Positions 1 through 8,409 of a DNA stretch of 53,725 nt are shown here, one piece after another. The translations under genes were made by a program, and so were the position numbers. The stretch is from Nitrospirota bacterium (GTDB lineage Bacteria; Nitrospirota; Thermodesulfovibrionia; Thermodesulfovibrionales; JdFR-85), in assembly GCA_013151495.1 (NCBI GenBank), contig JAADIE010000097.1, positions 1 through 53,725 of the forward strand. Reading direction: 5' to 3'. How positions within the stretch are numbered: position 1 is the first letter of the stretch; each line of letters opens with the position of its first letter. Below the pieces are notes generated by a model. The model made no database searches. It was not told the DNA's origin and saw nothing but the letters and a program-made list of their open reading frames with translations.

Positions 1-981
1 CTCTCCCAGTATTACAACCCTGCATTTTTTATCCACAAGCATATCCAGTGCCCCTTCTATTAGATCAAGTCCCTTCTGAGTTGTAAGCCTACCTATAAAT
101 GCAAACACCGGGATATTCCTGCCAGGGCTAAAACCCAGCTCTTTTAAAAGGGCAAGTTTACACAAACCCTTCCCCTTTAAATTCTCTTCTGAGTAACTAC
201 TGTAAAGGAAAGGATCGTTCTCAGGAGACCATACGGAGTAATCAATTCCATTTATAATTCCGTACAGGGCCTTTTTTCTTTTCCTCAATACTCCATGAAG
301 ACCAAAACCATACTCCTCCGACAGTATCTCCTCTGCGTATTTTCTGCTTACAGTGGTAATAACATCCGAAAACAGTATGCCACCTTTTAAGAAATTAACC
401 TTTCCATAAAACTCTAAATACTCTGGTGTAAACATGCTATCGTCCAGATCAAGCAGATAAAGTGCCCTTCTGTCAAATATTCCCTGGTACCCAAGATTAT
501 GAATGGTCAGTACTGTGCGAATTTTTCTATAGTACTTATCATTCTGAAAGGAGTTTTTCAGGAATACAGACACAGGGGCTGTCTGCCAGTCGTGCAGATG
601 AAGAACATCCGGGTTCAGGGAAAGCCTCTTTAGTGCAAGCAGGGCTGCCTTACAGAAGAAGGCAAATCTCAGGTCGTTGTCCTGATAATCACCGTTGTAA
701 CCATAGATTCCATCACGATAGAAAAGTTCTTTATTATAAATAAAATAAACCCTGCCCGACTTGAAAACCCTTACATTATAAACACCTTCACCCACACTTA
801 TATCAAAGTTCACCTCTGTTGACGAAATATCTCTCGCGCTTATCCCCTTATAATAGGGGAGCATCAGGTGAACATCAATTCCCTGTGCATAGAGTTCATC
901 AAAAAGAGCCCTGGTAACATCGGCAAGACCTCCTGTCTTGCAATAGGGCACACACTCGGAAGCTATAAGGACGACCTTCAT
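1..981 (-). CDS. glgA: glycogen (starch) synthase, N-terminal 327 codons; 3' end runs off the window
   Basis: Not in the ORF track (no stop inside the window). My translation of the minus strand from ATG 981..979 gives MKVVLIASECVPYCKTGGLADVTRALFDEL...HLHDWQTAPV...TIHNLGYQG...INGIDYSVWSP...FIGRLTTQKG. KTGGLADV and HLHDWQ are glycogen/starch synthase hallmarks. The frame stays open to position 1. Confidence 0.9.
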   Translation of the reverse strand, partial: MKVVLIASECVPYCKTGGLADVTRALFDELYAQGIDVHLMLPYYKGISARDISSTEVNFDISVGEGVYNVRVFKSGRVYFIYNKELFYRDGIYGYNGDYQDNDLRFAFFCKAALLALKRLSLNPDVLHLHDWQTAPVSVFLKNSFQNDKYYRKIRTVLTIHNLGYQGIFDRRALYLLDLDDSMFTPEYLEFYGKVNFLKGGILFSDVITTVSRKYAEEILSEEYGFGLHGVLRKRKKALYGIINGIDYSVWSPENDPFLYSSYSEENLKGKGLCKLALLKELGFSPGRNIPVFAFIGRLTTQKGLDLIEGALDMLVDKKCRVVILGE

Positions 982-1976
982 ATTTCAACTTCTCTCATGT
1001 ACCTTGCAGCCTCTTCAGGCGGTGTGGGGTTTATGTAAAAACCAGATCCCCATTCAAACCCTGCTATCTTGGTCAGCTTTGGCATTATCTCAATATGCCA
1101 GTGATAGTATTCATTTTCCTCAGAATTAAAAGGAGATGTATGTAAAATATAGTTATATGGAGGTACATCAAGCAGTTTATCCATCTGTTTGAGTACCCTC
1201 TGGAGGACCTCGGCAAGATAAGAAAAACCGCCGTTTTCAAGGGGCCTGTAATGGGATTCATGTTTTTTTGGTAATATCCATGTCTCAAAGGGTGCCCTGG
1301 GTGCATAAGGGGCAATAGCCACATAGTGCTCGTTTTCACAAACTATTCTTTTTTCCTCCTGGAGTTCCTGGTTTATTATGTCGCAAAAGATACATCTTTC
1401 CTTCATGTCGTAGTAGTGCCGGGCAGAATTTAGCTCCTCTCTCACAAGTTTGGGCACAATCGGCAGTGCTATCAGCTGGCTGTGGGTATGCTCGAGAGAT
1501 GCACCAGCGGCCTCTCCTTCGTTTTTGAAGATAAGCACATATTTAAGCCTTGGATCCTTTTTTAAATCGGTGAGCCTGCTGTAGTATGCCCAGAGGACAT
1601 TCTCCATGTCCTTTCTTGATATCGTGGAAAGGGAACTGAGATGGTCAGGAGTCTCTATAATTACCTCATGGGCACCAACACCACTCATTTTATCAAAAAT
1701 ACCCTCGCCCACTTTGGTAAGTTCACCATCTATCTGAAGGGCAGGAAATTTGTTTGGCACAACCCTTAGTGACCATTCAGAAGGATTGTCAGAACCCTCA
1801 GGTCTAATAGCCATGATCTCCTGAGGAGTGGTGTATTCATTGCCCGGACAAAAGGGGCAAAAGCCTGAAACCCTTCTTTTGTGCGAAGGTGATGCAAAAT
1901 CCGAGGGTCTCTTGCCTCTCTCAACCGAAATAATAACCCATCTACCGACCACCGGGTCCTTTCTCAACTCTGGCAT
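978..1976 (-). CDS. galT: galactose-1-phosphate uridylyltransferase family (HIT class) nucleotidyltransferase; possibly an ADP-glucose phosphorylase-type enzyme
   Basis: 332-aa ORF. It has a CPFCPGNE zinc motif near the N-terminus and a FKNEGEAAGASLEHTHSQLIALP nucleotidyl-histidine motif. Its TGA overlaps the glgA ATG (ATGA at 978..981). Confidence 0.8.
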   Translation of the reverse strand: MPELRKDPVVGRWVIISVERGKRPSDFASPSHKRRVSGFCPFCPGNEYTTPQEIMAIRPEGSDNPSEWSLRVVPNKFPALQIDGELTKVGEGIFDKMSGVGAHEVIIETPDHLSSLSTISRKDMENVLWAYYSRLTDLKKDPRLKYVLIFKNEGEAAGASLEHTHSQLIALPIVPKLVREELNSARHYYDMKERCIFCDIINQELQEEKRIVCENEHYVAIAPYAPRAPFETWILPKKHESHYRPLENGGFSYLAEVLQRVLKQMDKLLDVPPYNYILHTSPFNSEENEYYHWHIEIMPKLTKIAGFEWGSGFYINPTPPEEAARYMREVEI

Positions 1977-2153
1977 GCTTTCCTCCTTTGCTTATACCTA
2001 CAGTGTAATCAACTCTAAAATATTTTACATCTTTTTATACATCACTTCAAAACTTTTTGATTTTTCAGGCCCTTCAGCCTGTTCATGGTATAAAAGAAGC
2101 TAAATAAGTTAAAATAGGTTAGTAAATCAGCTAACCCTGAGAGGAGTCCTCTT

Positions 2154-3605
2154 ATGAAGATAAAGGCTATTGCCGGGTCTGAAGAAAAAGTAAAATCAGA
2201 CCTTTTGATACTGCCTCTTTTTAAAGACAACAACAGCTATGGTGATCTCACCTCGTCAATAATTGGTATTGTAGAGGGCTTGATTAAAAAGGGTATCTTT
2301 AAGGCCGAACTTAATGAGGTCTACCCACTTACCACAACAGAAGCTCCCCATCCATTAATACTGCTTACTGGTCTTGGTGAGAGGGAAAAAATAAACGGCG
2401 ACCGCCTGAGGCAGGCAGGGGGCTCTGCTGGTAGCTTTTGCAGACAGAAATCAATTAAATCCATTTCGCTGTCTACCGCCAATCTTAGGGAAACCGGTTT
2501 GCTGCCAGATACCTTTGTTGAGGGTTTTCTGTTGTCAACATACATGTTTGGCAAATACAAATCAGAAAATGGCTCCTACTGTCCTGAGCTGAAGATTCTC
2601 TCAAAAGACAGGGCCCTTAAAAGCAGACTCCCTGAGATTGAGGCACAAATACAGGCAGTATTTCTCTGTCGTGACCTTGTGAACACACCTTCAAACGACC
2701 TTACCCCGGATGCCTTTGCAAAGCAGGCACTAAAACTAAAATCCAGGAAGGTCTCTGTGAAGGTACTTACTGAAAAACAGATAGCCTCTGCCGGGATGGA
2801 TGCCTACCTTGCCGTTGCAAAGGGCAGCAAAAATCCGCCCAGGTTTATTGAAATACGGTACAGAGGAGGCTCAAAGAAGTCAGTGGTCTTAATAGGCAAA
2901 TCCATTACCTTCGACAGTGGGGGTATCTCTATAAAGCCCTCTTCTGGAATGGAAAAAATGAAATACGATATGGCCGGTGGCGCAGCAGTTATTGGAATTA
3001 TCAAGGCTGCTGAACTTTTGAAGCTACCCGTTAATCTTATCGGTTTGCTACCTGCTGCTGAAAACATGCCTGGTGGCTCTGCCACAAGACCTGGCGATAT
3101 AGTATCTACCATTTCTGGTAAAACCATTGAAATTGCAAACACCGATGCCGAGGGTAGACTAGCCTTGGCCGATGCCATCGAATATGCCAAGAGGTTCGAC
3201 CCCGAGTTTATAATCGACATTGCCACCCTCACAGGTGCCTGTGCTATTGCCCTTGGTAACGAGGCAGCAGCCGCAATGAGCAACTCAGAGGAGCTGATCA
3301 AAGACATCGTGAAGGCCTCTGAGGCAACCGGTGAGAAGGTCTGGCCAATGCCACTTTATGAGGAGTACAGGGAATATCTAAAAAGTGAGGTGGCTGATAT
3401 ACGCAATGTTGGCACAGACAGGGCTGGCTCTCTGGTAACCGCCGGTTATTTCCTTAAGGAATTTGCTGAGGACATACCCTGGTTGCATATAGATATCGCA
3501 TCCATTGCATGGACCGACAAAGACAGGCCCTATTGCCCAAAAGGGGCAACAGGTTTTGGCGTCAGGCTTGTTACCAGACTGTTAAGGAATCTATATCAGA
3601 AATGA
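2154..3605 (+). CDS. pepA: leucyl aminopeptidase (M17 family)
   Basis: 483-aa ORF with GKSITFDSGGISIK, NTDAEGRLALAD and DIATLTGAC motifs typical of M17 aminopeptidases. A GAGAGGAG Shine-Dalgarno lies upstream of ATG 2154. Confidence 0.9.
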   Translation: MKIKAIAGSEEKVKSDLLILPLFKDNNSYGDLTSSIIGIVEGLIKKGIFKAELNEVYPLTTTEAPHPLILLTGLGEREKINGDRLRQAGGSAGSFCRQKSIKSISLSTANLRETGLLPDTFVEGFLLSTYMFGKYKSENGSYCPELKILSKDRALKSRLPEIEAQIQAVFLCRDLVNTPSNDLTPDAFAKQALKLKSRKVSVKVLTEKQIASAGMDAYLAVAKGSKNPPRFIEIRYRGGSKKSVVLIGKSITFDSGGISIKPSSGMEKMKYDMAGGAAVIGIIKAAELLKLPVNLIGLLPAAENMPGGSATRPGDIVSTISGKTIEIANTDAEGRLALADAIEYAKRFDPEFIIDIATLTGACAIALGNEAAAAMSNSEELIKDIVKASEATGEKVWPMPLYEEYREYLKSEVADIRNVGTDRAGSLVTAGYFLKEFAEDIPWLHIDIASIAWTDKDRPYCPKGATGFGVRLVTRLLRNLYQK

Positions 3606-4342
3606 GGTGGTATGCACTTATAGGACTGATTTTTCTAATCTTGTTTGTCCCCAAAGATGCCCTAGCCTGGGGACCACTGACACATCTTTATCTGGGCAAC
3701 GAGATATTTAACTATGCTGCCCTGATTCCACCAAACCTTTTCGAGATTCTTTCCAGGTACAAAGATGATTTTCTATATGGAAACCTCATGGCCGATATCA
3801 TCTTCGGGAAAAAGTACATCATGGAGTATAAAAACCCTCATTCCTGGGATGTGGCCTTTGAACTGATGGATTCAGTCAGTACAGATAGTGAAAAGGCCTT
3901 TGTTTATGGCTACATGAGCCATCTTGCTGCCGACACGGTAGCCCATGAGCAGTTCTCAAAAACCTACCTTAAGGCCCATACTATTTTAGAACTTAACTCA
4001 GACAGTATTGTTGGTCGAAAATACTGGCTAATGGCCATCTCCCTTAATAGAAGGCTAAAAAACAAGCATGATCATCTTCTGCAGTCAACACTGGAGTCGC
4101 CTTTCTTTTCCTTTAAGACAAACAAAAAGATCTTCAAGGGTATGATCTTTCTGAGTTTGTTTACCCCTAACAGGATGAACAGAATTATAGACAAGAGCCT
4201 TATATTTTCACCTTATCTACATTCTCGACAGATCAAAAAACTGCACAGGAAATCACTGGACCGGATTGTAGATCTGTTATGTAAAGGTGAATGTTCAAGG
4301 GTGCTTGGTAAAAGCGCTATCTACAATCCTCGAACGAGATAA
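3602..4342 (+). CDS. zinc-dependent phospholipase C-like family protein (secreted or anchored metallohydrolase, function unproven)
   Basis: Track ORF 3509..4342 trimmed to ATG 3602, which overlaps the pepA stop (ATGA). MRWYALIGLIFLILFVPKDALA signal/anchor is followed directly by WGPLTH, with HLAADTVAH later. That pattern resembles the Zn-dependent PLC / S1-P1-like fold family. Confidence 0.55.
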   Translation: MRWYALIGLIFLILFVPKDALAWGPLTHLYLGNEIFNYAALIPPNLFEILSRYKDDFLYGNLMADIIFGKKYIMEYKNPHSWDVAFELMDSVSTDSEKAFVYGYMSHLAADTVAHEQFSKTYLKAHTILELNSDSIVGRKYWLMAISLNRRLKNKHDHLLQSTLESPFFSFKTNKKIFKGMIFLSLFTPNRMNRIIDKSLIFSPYLHSRQIKKLHRKSLDRIVDLLCKGECSRVLGKSAIYNPRTR

Positions 4343-4353
4343 CCAGAACCAAT

Positions 4354-5604
4354 ATGAAGGGTGTCTTCGATAAAAAATCCTTTTTACCTGTTAACCAGGC
4401 CTTAGAAATCCTCTTAAGGCAACCTTACCGCAGGGTAAACACCGAGAGGGTTAGGATAGAAGAGGCCTACCAGAGGGTGCTTGCCGAGGATATCTTTTCG
4501 CCAGAAGACCTGCCCGGTTTCAACCGCTCCACCATGGATGGTTATGCGGTTTATGCTGAGGATACCTATGGCGCCTCTGATACAGCACCGGCTTACCTGA
4601 ATGTGGTAGGGGAGATAACAATGGGTGAGGCACCAGATATCGTTCTATCCCGTGGTGAGGCTGCCCAGATACCCACCGGTGGAATGCTACCCAAAGGGGC
4701 CAATGCAGTGGTTATGTTCGAGCATACGAACCGGGTTGATGAGACCCTTTTAGAGGTTTACAGGCCTGTTGCAATGGGAGAAAACATTATAAGGGCTGAT
4801 GAGGACATAAAAAAGGGCGAACTTGTACTAAAAACAGGCCACCTATTAAGGCCCCAGGATATCGGTGCCCTTGCAGGACTGGGGATAACCGAAATAGAGG
4901 TTTATAAAAGACCCATTGTTGCTATAATCTCAACAGGTGATGAAATCGTACCAGCATCAAGCCCTATCGCACCTGGGAAGGTAAGGGATATTAACTCCTT
5001 TAATCTTGATGGCCTACTCAGACAAAATGGGGCCATGGCGAAAAAGATGGGTATCATCAACGACGACCTTGACCTTCTTAAAAAGGTACTTAAGGAGGCA
5101 TTCACACTGGCAGATATGGTCCTGATAACCGGTGGAAGTTCTGTGGGCGTGAGGGACTATACCTCCAGGCTTATTGATGAGCTTGGCACCCCGGGCATTC
5201 TGTTTCATGGTGTTGCAATTAAACCTGGTAAGCCAATTATTGCAGCTCTTGCCGATGGTAAACCCATATTTGGATTACCAGGGCATCCAGCAGCGGTAAC
5301 CGTGAGTTTTGAAAGCTTCGTAAAACCGGTTCTGAAACTAATATCCGGACATAAAGACCCAGACCATAAAAGACAGCCCCTTATCAGGGCAATACTCACT
5401 CGGAACCTTTCATCATCCACCGGACGGGAAGATCATGTAAGGGTAAAGCTTGTTGAGGAAAATGGTACTCTCAAGGCCGTGCCAGTGCTTGGCAAGTCTG
5501 GCCTTATCAAGACCCTTGTCGAGGCTGATGGGTTAATTATAATACCCAGAGACTGTAACGGCTTATACGAGGGACAGGAAGTGGAGGTAATACCATTTCA
5601 ATGA
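4354..5604 (+). CDS. moeA: molybdopterin molybdotransferase MoeA
   Basis: 416-aa ORF with NRSTMDGYAV, ITGGSSVGVRD and FGLPGHPAAV motifs, and MoeA-type length and architecture. Confidence 0.85.
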   Translation: MKGVFDKKSFLPVNQALEILLRQPYRRVNTERVRIEEAYQRVLAEDIFSPEDLPGFNRSTMDGYAVYAEDTYGASDTAPAYLNVVGEITMGEAPDIVLSRGEAAQIPTGGMLPKGANAVVMFEHTNRVDETLLEVYRPVAMGENIIRADEDIKKGELVLKTGHLLRPQDIGALAGLGITEIEVYKRPIVAIISTGDEIVPASSPIAPGKVRDINSFNLDGLLRQNGAMAKKMGIINDDLDLLKKVLKEAFTLADMVLITGGSSVGVRDYTSRLIDELGTPGILFHGVAIKPGKPIIAALADGKPIFGLPGHPAAVTVSFESFVKPVLKLISGHKDPDHKRQPLIRAILTRNLSSSTGREDHVRVKLVEENGTLKAVPVLGKSGLIKTLVEADGLIIIPRDCNGLYEGQEVEVIPFQ

Positions 5605-5765
5605 AGGAAGACAGTACTGAAAAACTGGAATGCTCACTTGAGGATTGCCCCTGGTGCGATACCACCGGTGATGTAGAAAAAAACCGCCGCACCTACTGGG
5701 GTATTGTTGGTTTGATAGTTGCTGTTTTGCTGATACTTCTTCTGGTTTCGATTATCTTAAAATAA
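5601..5765 (+). CDS. hypothetical 54-aa Cys-containing C-terminally anchored small membrane protein
   Basis: Below the ORF-track size cutoff. My translation is MKEDSTEKLECSLEDCPWCDTTGDVEKNRRTYWGIVGLIVAVLLILLLVSIILK*. The ATG overlaps the moeA TGA (ATGA at 5601..5604) and GGAGG lies 13 nt upstream. It fills the otherwise empty moeA-hisA gap. Confidence 0.35.
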   Translation: MKEDSTEKLECSLEDCPWCDTTGDVEKNRRTYWGIVGLIVAVLLILLLVSIILK

Positions 5766-5787
5766 ATCATAAATTAAGGAGGCTCCT

Positions 5788-6507
5788 GTGATTGTAATAC
5801 CTGCAATTGATCTTAAGGATGGAAAATGCGTTCGTCTCCTTCAGGGTAAGAAGGAACACTCTACCACCTATTCAGACGACCCTGTATCGGTCGCCCGCAG
5901 ATGGGTCTCTATGGGTGCCAAGCTAATCCATATAGTTGACCTTGATGGGGCCTTCACAGGGAATCAGAAAAACCGCGACACTGTAAAGGCTATTCGTGAA
6001 GCAGTGGATGTGGACCTTGAACTTGGTGGTGGTATAAGGGATATGGATGGGGTGAGGGAATGGATCTCTCTTGGTATAAATCGTGTGATCCTTGGCACCG
6101 TTGCTGCCAAACATCCTGAGATAGTTAAGGAGGCTGCCCGGCGGTATCCAGGACAGATACTGGTCGGTATAGATGCAAAGGATGGTAAAGTGGCCATAAA
6201 GGGCTGGGAAGAGTTAACAGAACTGGATGCCCTGGAATTTGCCAGACAGATGGTCTCTTATGGTATCGCCGGAATCATCTATACCGACATATCAAGAGAC
6301 GGCATGCTTACAGGCCCAAATCTGGAGGCAACCAAACGAATGGTTGAGGCAGTGGATATTCCCGTAATAGCCTCCGGTGGTATCTCCTCTATTGATGACA
6401 TAAAAAGACTAAAAGAGATACCCGGGCTCTGGGGAGCTATAACAGGAAAGGCCCTATATACAGGCAAGATAGACCTGGTAGAGGCCATAAGGGTGGCCAG
6501 CGAATAA
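5788..6507 (+). CDS. hisA: 1-(5-phosphoribosyl)-5-[(5-phosphoribosylamino)methylideneamino]imidazole-4-carboxamide isomerase
   Basis: GTG start with AAGGAGG 5 nt upstream. MIVIPAIDLKDGKCVRL, HIVDLDGA, GGGIR and ASGGIS motifs match HisA. Confidence 0.9.
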   Translation: MIVIPAIDLKDGKCVRLLQGKKEHSTTYSDDPVSVARRWVSMGAKLIHIVDLDGAFTGNQKNRDTVKAIREAVDVDLELGGGIRDMDGVREWISLGINRVILGTVAAKHPEIVKEAARRYPGQILVGIDAKDGKVAIKGWEELTELDALEFARQMVSYGIAGIIYTDISRDGMLTGPNLEATKRMVEAVDIPVIASGGISSIDDIKRLKEIPGLWGAITGKALYTGKIDLVEAIRVASE

Positions 6508-6657
6508 ACCTCTCCTGGTTAATCAGGCAACCATGGAGGTCCAATATCAGTTTGTAATTTTACTACCTCAGGTTATAAAGGCCTCAAAACTGGTCCTTCA
6601 TATTTTTTTCATTTTTATCTGGTAATTATATATAAAAACATTCGGGAGGTTTCATTT

Positions 6658-7218
6658 ATGTCAGAGCATAACAGAAAGATAATACTGGCTGTTACAGCTG
6701 TTATAATAGCAGCAGGAATCTTTTTTTTCATAAATAAAAAGCAATCAGGCAAAGACACACAACAGTACACTCCACCCCCGGTACCAACGCAGCTGCTTAC
6801 CCTCGATGCAAAAGAAAGGCAACTAAAAGACCTTTTAAGCAAAAACCCGGAAAATCGTGACCTACTATTTGAACTTGCCACCCTTTACTTTGATACAAAA
6901 CGTTTCAGCGAGGCAATTCCCCTTTATAGAAAAATACTCAAAAACTACCCTAAGGACATGGATACACTGATCGATTTGGCCCTGGCCCTTCACTATACAA
7001 ACAGTTCCGAAGAAGCAGCCCAGATACTTAAAAAAGCAACCTCCTATGAGCCAGATCACCAGAGGGCATGGCTTAGCCTGGGATTTGTTCTGGCTGCCTC
7101 TGGAAAAACAGAGGATGCAAGGGTACCACTTGAAAAGGCAATAGAGCTGGAACCAGATAATCCAGTGGGCAAAGAGGCCGCCAGGATACTTGGCATCATA
7201 TCCAGGCGACCTTCCTGA
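6658..7218 (+). CDS. membrane-anchored tetratricopeptide-repeat protein
   Basis: 186-aa ORF. It has an N-terminal TM (ILAVTAVIIAAGIFFFI), then TPR-like repeats (LATLYFDTKRFSEAIPLYRKILKNYP, AWLSLGFVLAASGKTEDARVPLEKAIELEPDN). GGGAGG lies 8 nt upstream. Confidence 0.6.
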   Translation: MSEHNRKIILAVTAVIIAAGIFFFINKKQSGKDTQQYTPPPVPTQLLTLDAKERQLKDLLSKNPENRDLLFELATLYFDTKRFSEAIPLYRKILKNYPKDMDTLIDLALALHYTNSSEEAAQILKKATSYEPDHQRAWLSLGFVLAASGKTEDARVPLEKAIELEPDNPVGKEAARILGIISRRPS

Positions 7219-7221
7219 TAC

Positions 7222-8388
7222 CTACACCTGCCCCCTTTGATTACGCATAAAGGTTGGAAGATCGTAGGGGTCGTCGTAGTTTAAAAGCTCAGAAGGCAAC
7301 TCGGCTGATGGTGTTTTAATGCTCTTTGCAAGCACCCTCTCGGTAGAACTATAGTTTCTCCTTGGTCTTGGTGGTACAGAAAAGGCCTTTGGCTTGAATT
7401 TCTTTACCTCATCCACAACCACCTTTTCCTTCTTGGGTTCAAAACCGGTGGCTATCACAGTAACCCTGACCTCATCGGTCAGATCCGGATCTATTACTGC
7501 ACCAAAGATAATATTGGCATCGTCATCAGCCGACTCATAAATAAGTTCTACTACAGTCTGCACATCGGTTATCGAAAGTTCCATACCACCTGTAATATTA
7601 ATCAATATCCTTTTAGCTCCATCAATGGATGAATCTTCAAGCAATGGATTCTGTATTGCCTTCTTGGCAGCCATAGATGCACCATTGTCGCCAGAAGCAA
7701 CCCCTACACCCATAACAGCCCTTCCGGCATTCTCCATTACGGTCTTAACATCTGCAAAGTCCAGGTTTATCAATCCTGTGGTAAGTATCAGGTCAGATAT
7801 ACCCTGCACCGCCTGCCTCAGTACATCGTTTGCAACAGCAAAGGACTTAAGAAGTGGTGTCCCCTTTTCCACAACCAGCATTATCCTGTCGTTTGGTATT
7901 ACAATGAGGGTATCAACATGCTCACGCAGTTCCTTAATACCTTCCTCTGCATTTAGCTGTCTCTTTTTCCCCTCATAGAAGAATGGCTTAGTAACAATGG
8001 CTACTGTCAGGGCACCGAGTTCCTTGGCAATTGAGGCTACAACAGGAGCAGCACCTGTACCAGTGCCTCCACCCATACCTGCTGTGATAAACACCATATC
8101 AGAGCCTTTCAGATGCTCAGCAATCACATCACGATCATTTAGGGCCGCCTCTCTTCCGATAGCCGGATTAGAGCCAGCCCCCAGCCCCTTGGTCAATTCT
8201 GCACCTATCTGAATCTTTGTCGGAGCAAGCGAAGTCTCCAGCACCTGGGCATCGGTGTTAACCGCTATGAAGTCTATCCCCTGCAGGTTTGCACCAATCA
8301 TGTTATTTACGGCATTTCCACCGCCTCCGCCCACACCTACAACTCTAATTTTGGCCTGTAATTCTCTGACTTCCTCGATTTCAAACAT
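7222..8388 (-). CDS. ftsZ: cell division protein FtsZ
   Basis: GVGGGGGNAVNNM and GMGGGTGTGAAP tubulin signature, and a C-terminal DDPYDLPTFMR peptide. Confidence 0.97.
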   Translation of the reverse strand: MFEIEEVRELQAKIRVVGVGGGGGNAVNNMIGANLQGIDFIAVNTDAQVLETSLAPTKIQIGAELTKGLGAGSNPAIGREAALNDRDVIAEHLKGSDMVFITAGMGGGTGTGAAPVVASIAKELGALTVAIVTKPFFYEGKKRQLNAEEGIKELREHVDTLIVIPNDRIMLVVEKGTPLLKSFAVANDVLRQAVQGISDLILTTGLINLDFADVKTVMENAGRAVMGVGVASGDNGASMAAKKAIQNPLLEDSSIDGAKRILINITGGMELSITDVQTVVELIYESADDDANIIFGAVIDPDLTDEVRVTVIATGFEPKKEKVVVDEVKKFKPKAFSVPPRPRRNYSSTERVLAKSIKTPSAELPSELLNYDDPYDLPTFMRNQRGQV

Positions 8389-8409
8389 ATGATACCCCCT
8401 TTTAAAAAA

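Noticed and set aside
29-37. Perfect DnaA-box consensus TTATCCACA.
   Set aside because: It is a single occurrence inside the glgA coding sequence. There is no cluster of boxes, no AT-rich unwinding element and no dnaA/dnaN nearby, so it is most likely chance.
2117-2150. Hairpins upstream of pepA (GGTTAG-8nt-CTAACC, and AGAGG-AGT-CCTCT overlapping the RBS), considered as a riboswitch or attenuator.
   Set aside because: The stems are short (5-6 bp) with no recognisable riboswitch core. The 177-nt region is more simply a divergent promoter region.
3509-3601. N-terminal extensions of track ORFs that overlap upstream genes (3509..3601 on the PLC-like ORF, 38167..38226 on dcd, 24710..24721 on mraZ, 33941..33988 on the ABC-2 permease, 12232..12273 on murB).
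   Set aside because: Internal start codons give native-looking N-termini and stop/start coupling with the upstream gene. The extensions encode basic, unconserved-looking sequence within the preceding gene.
6578-6609. Possible intrinsic terminator after hisA (AAGGCC ... GGTCCTT stem followed by CATATTTTTTT).
   Set aside because: The stem is short with a bulge, and the T-run is separated from it by 4 nt. That is too weak to call without energy calculation or transcript data.
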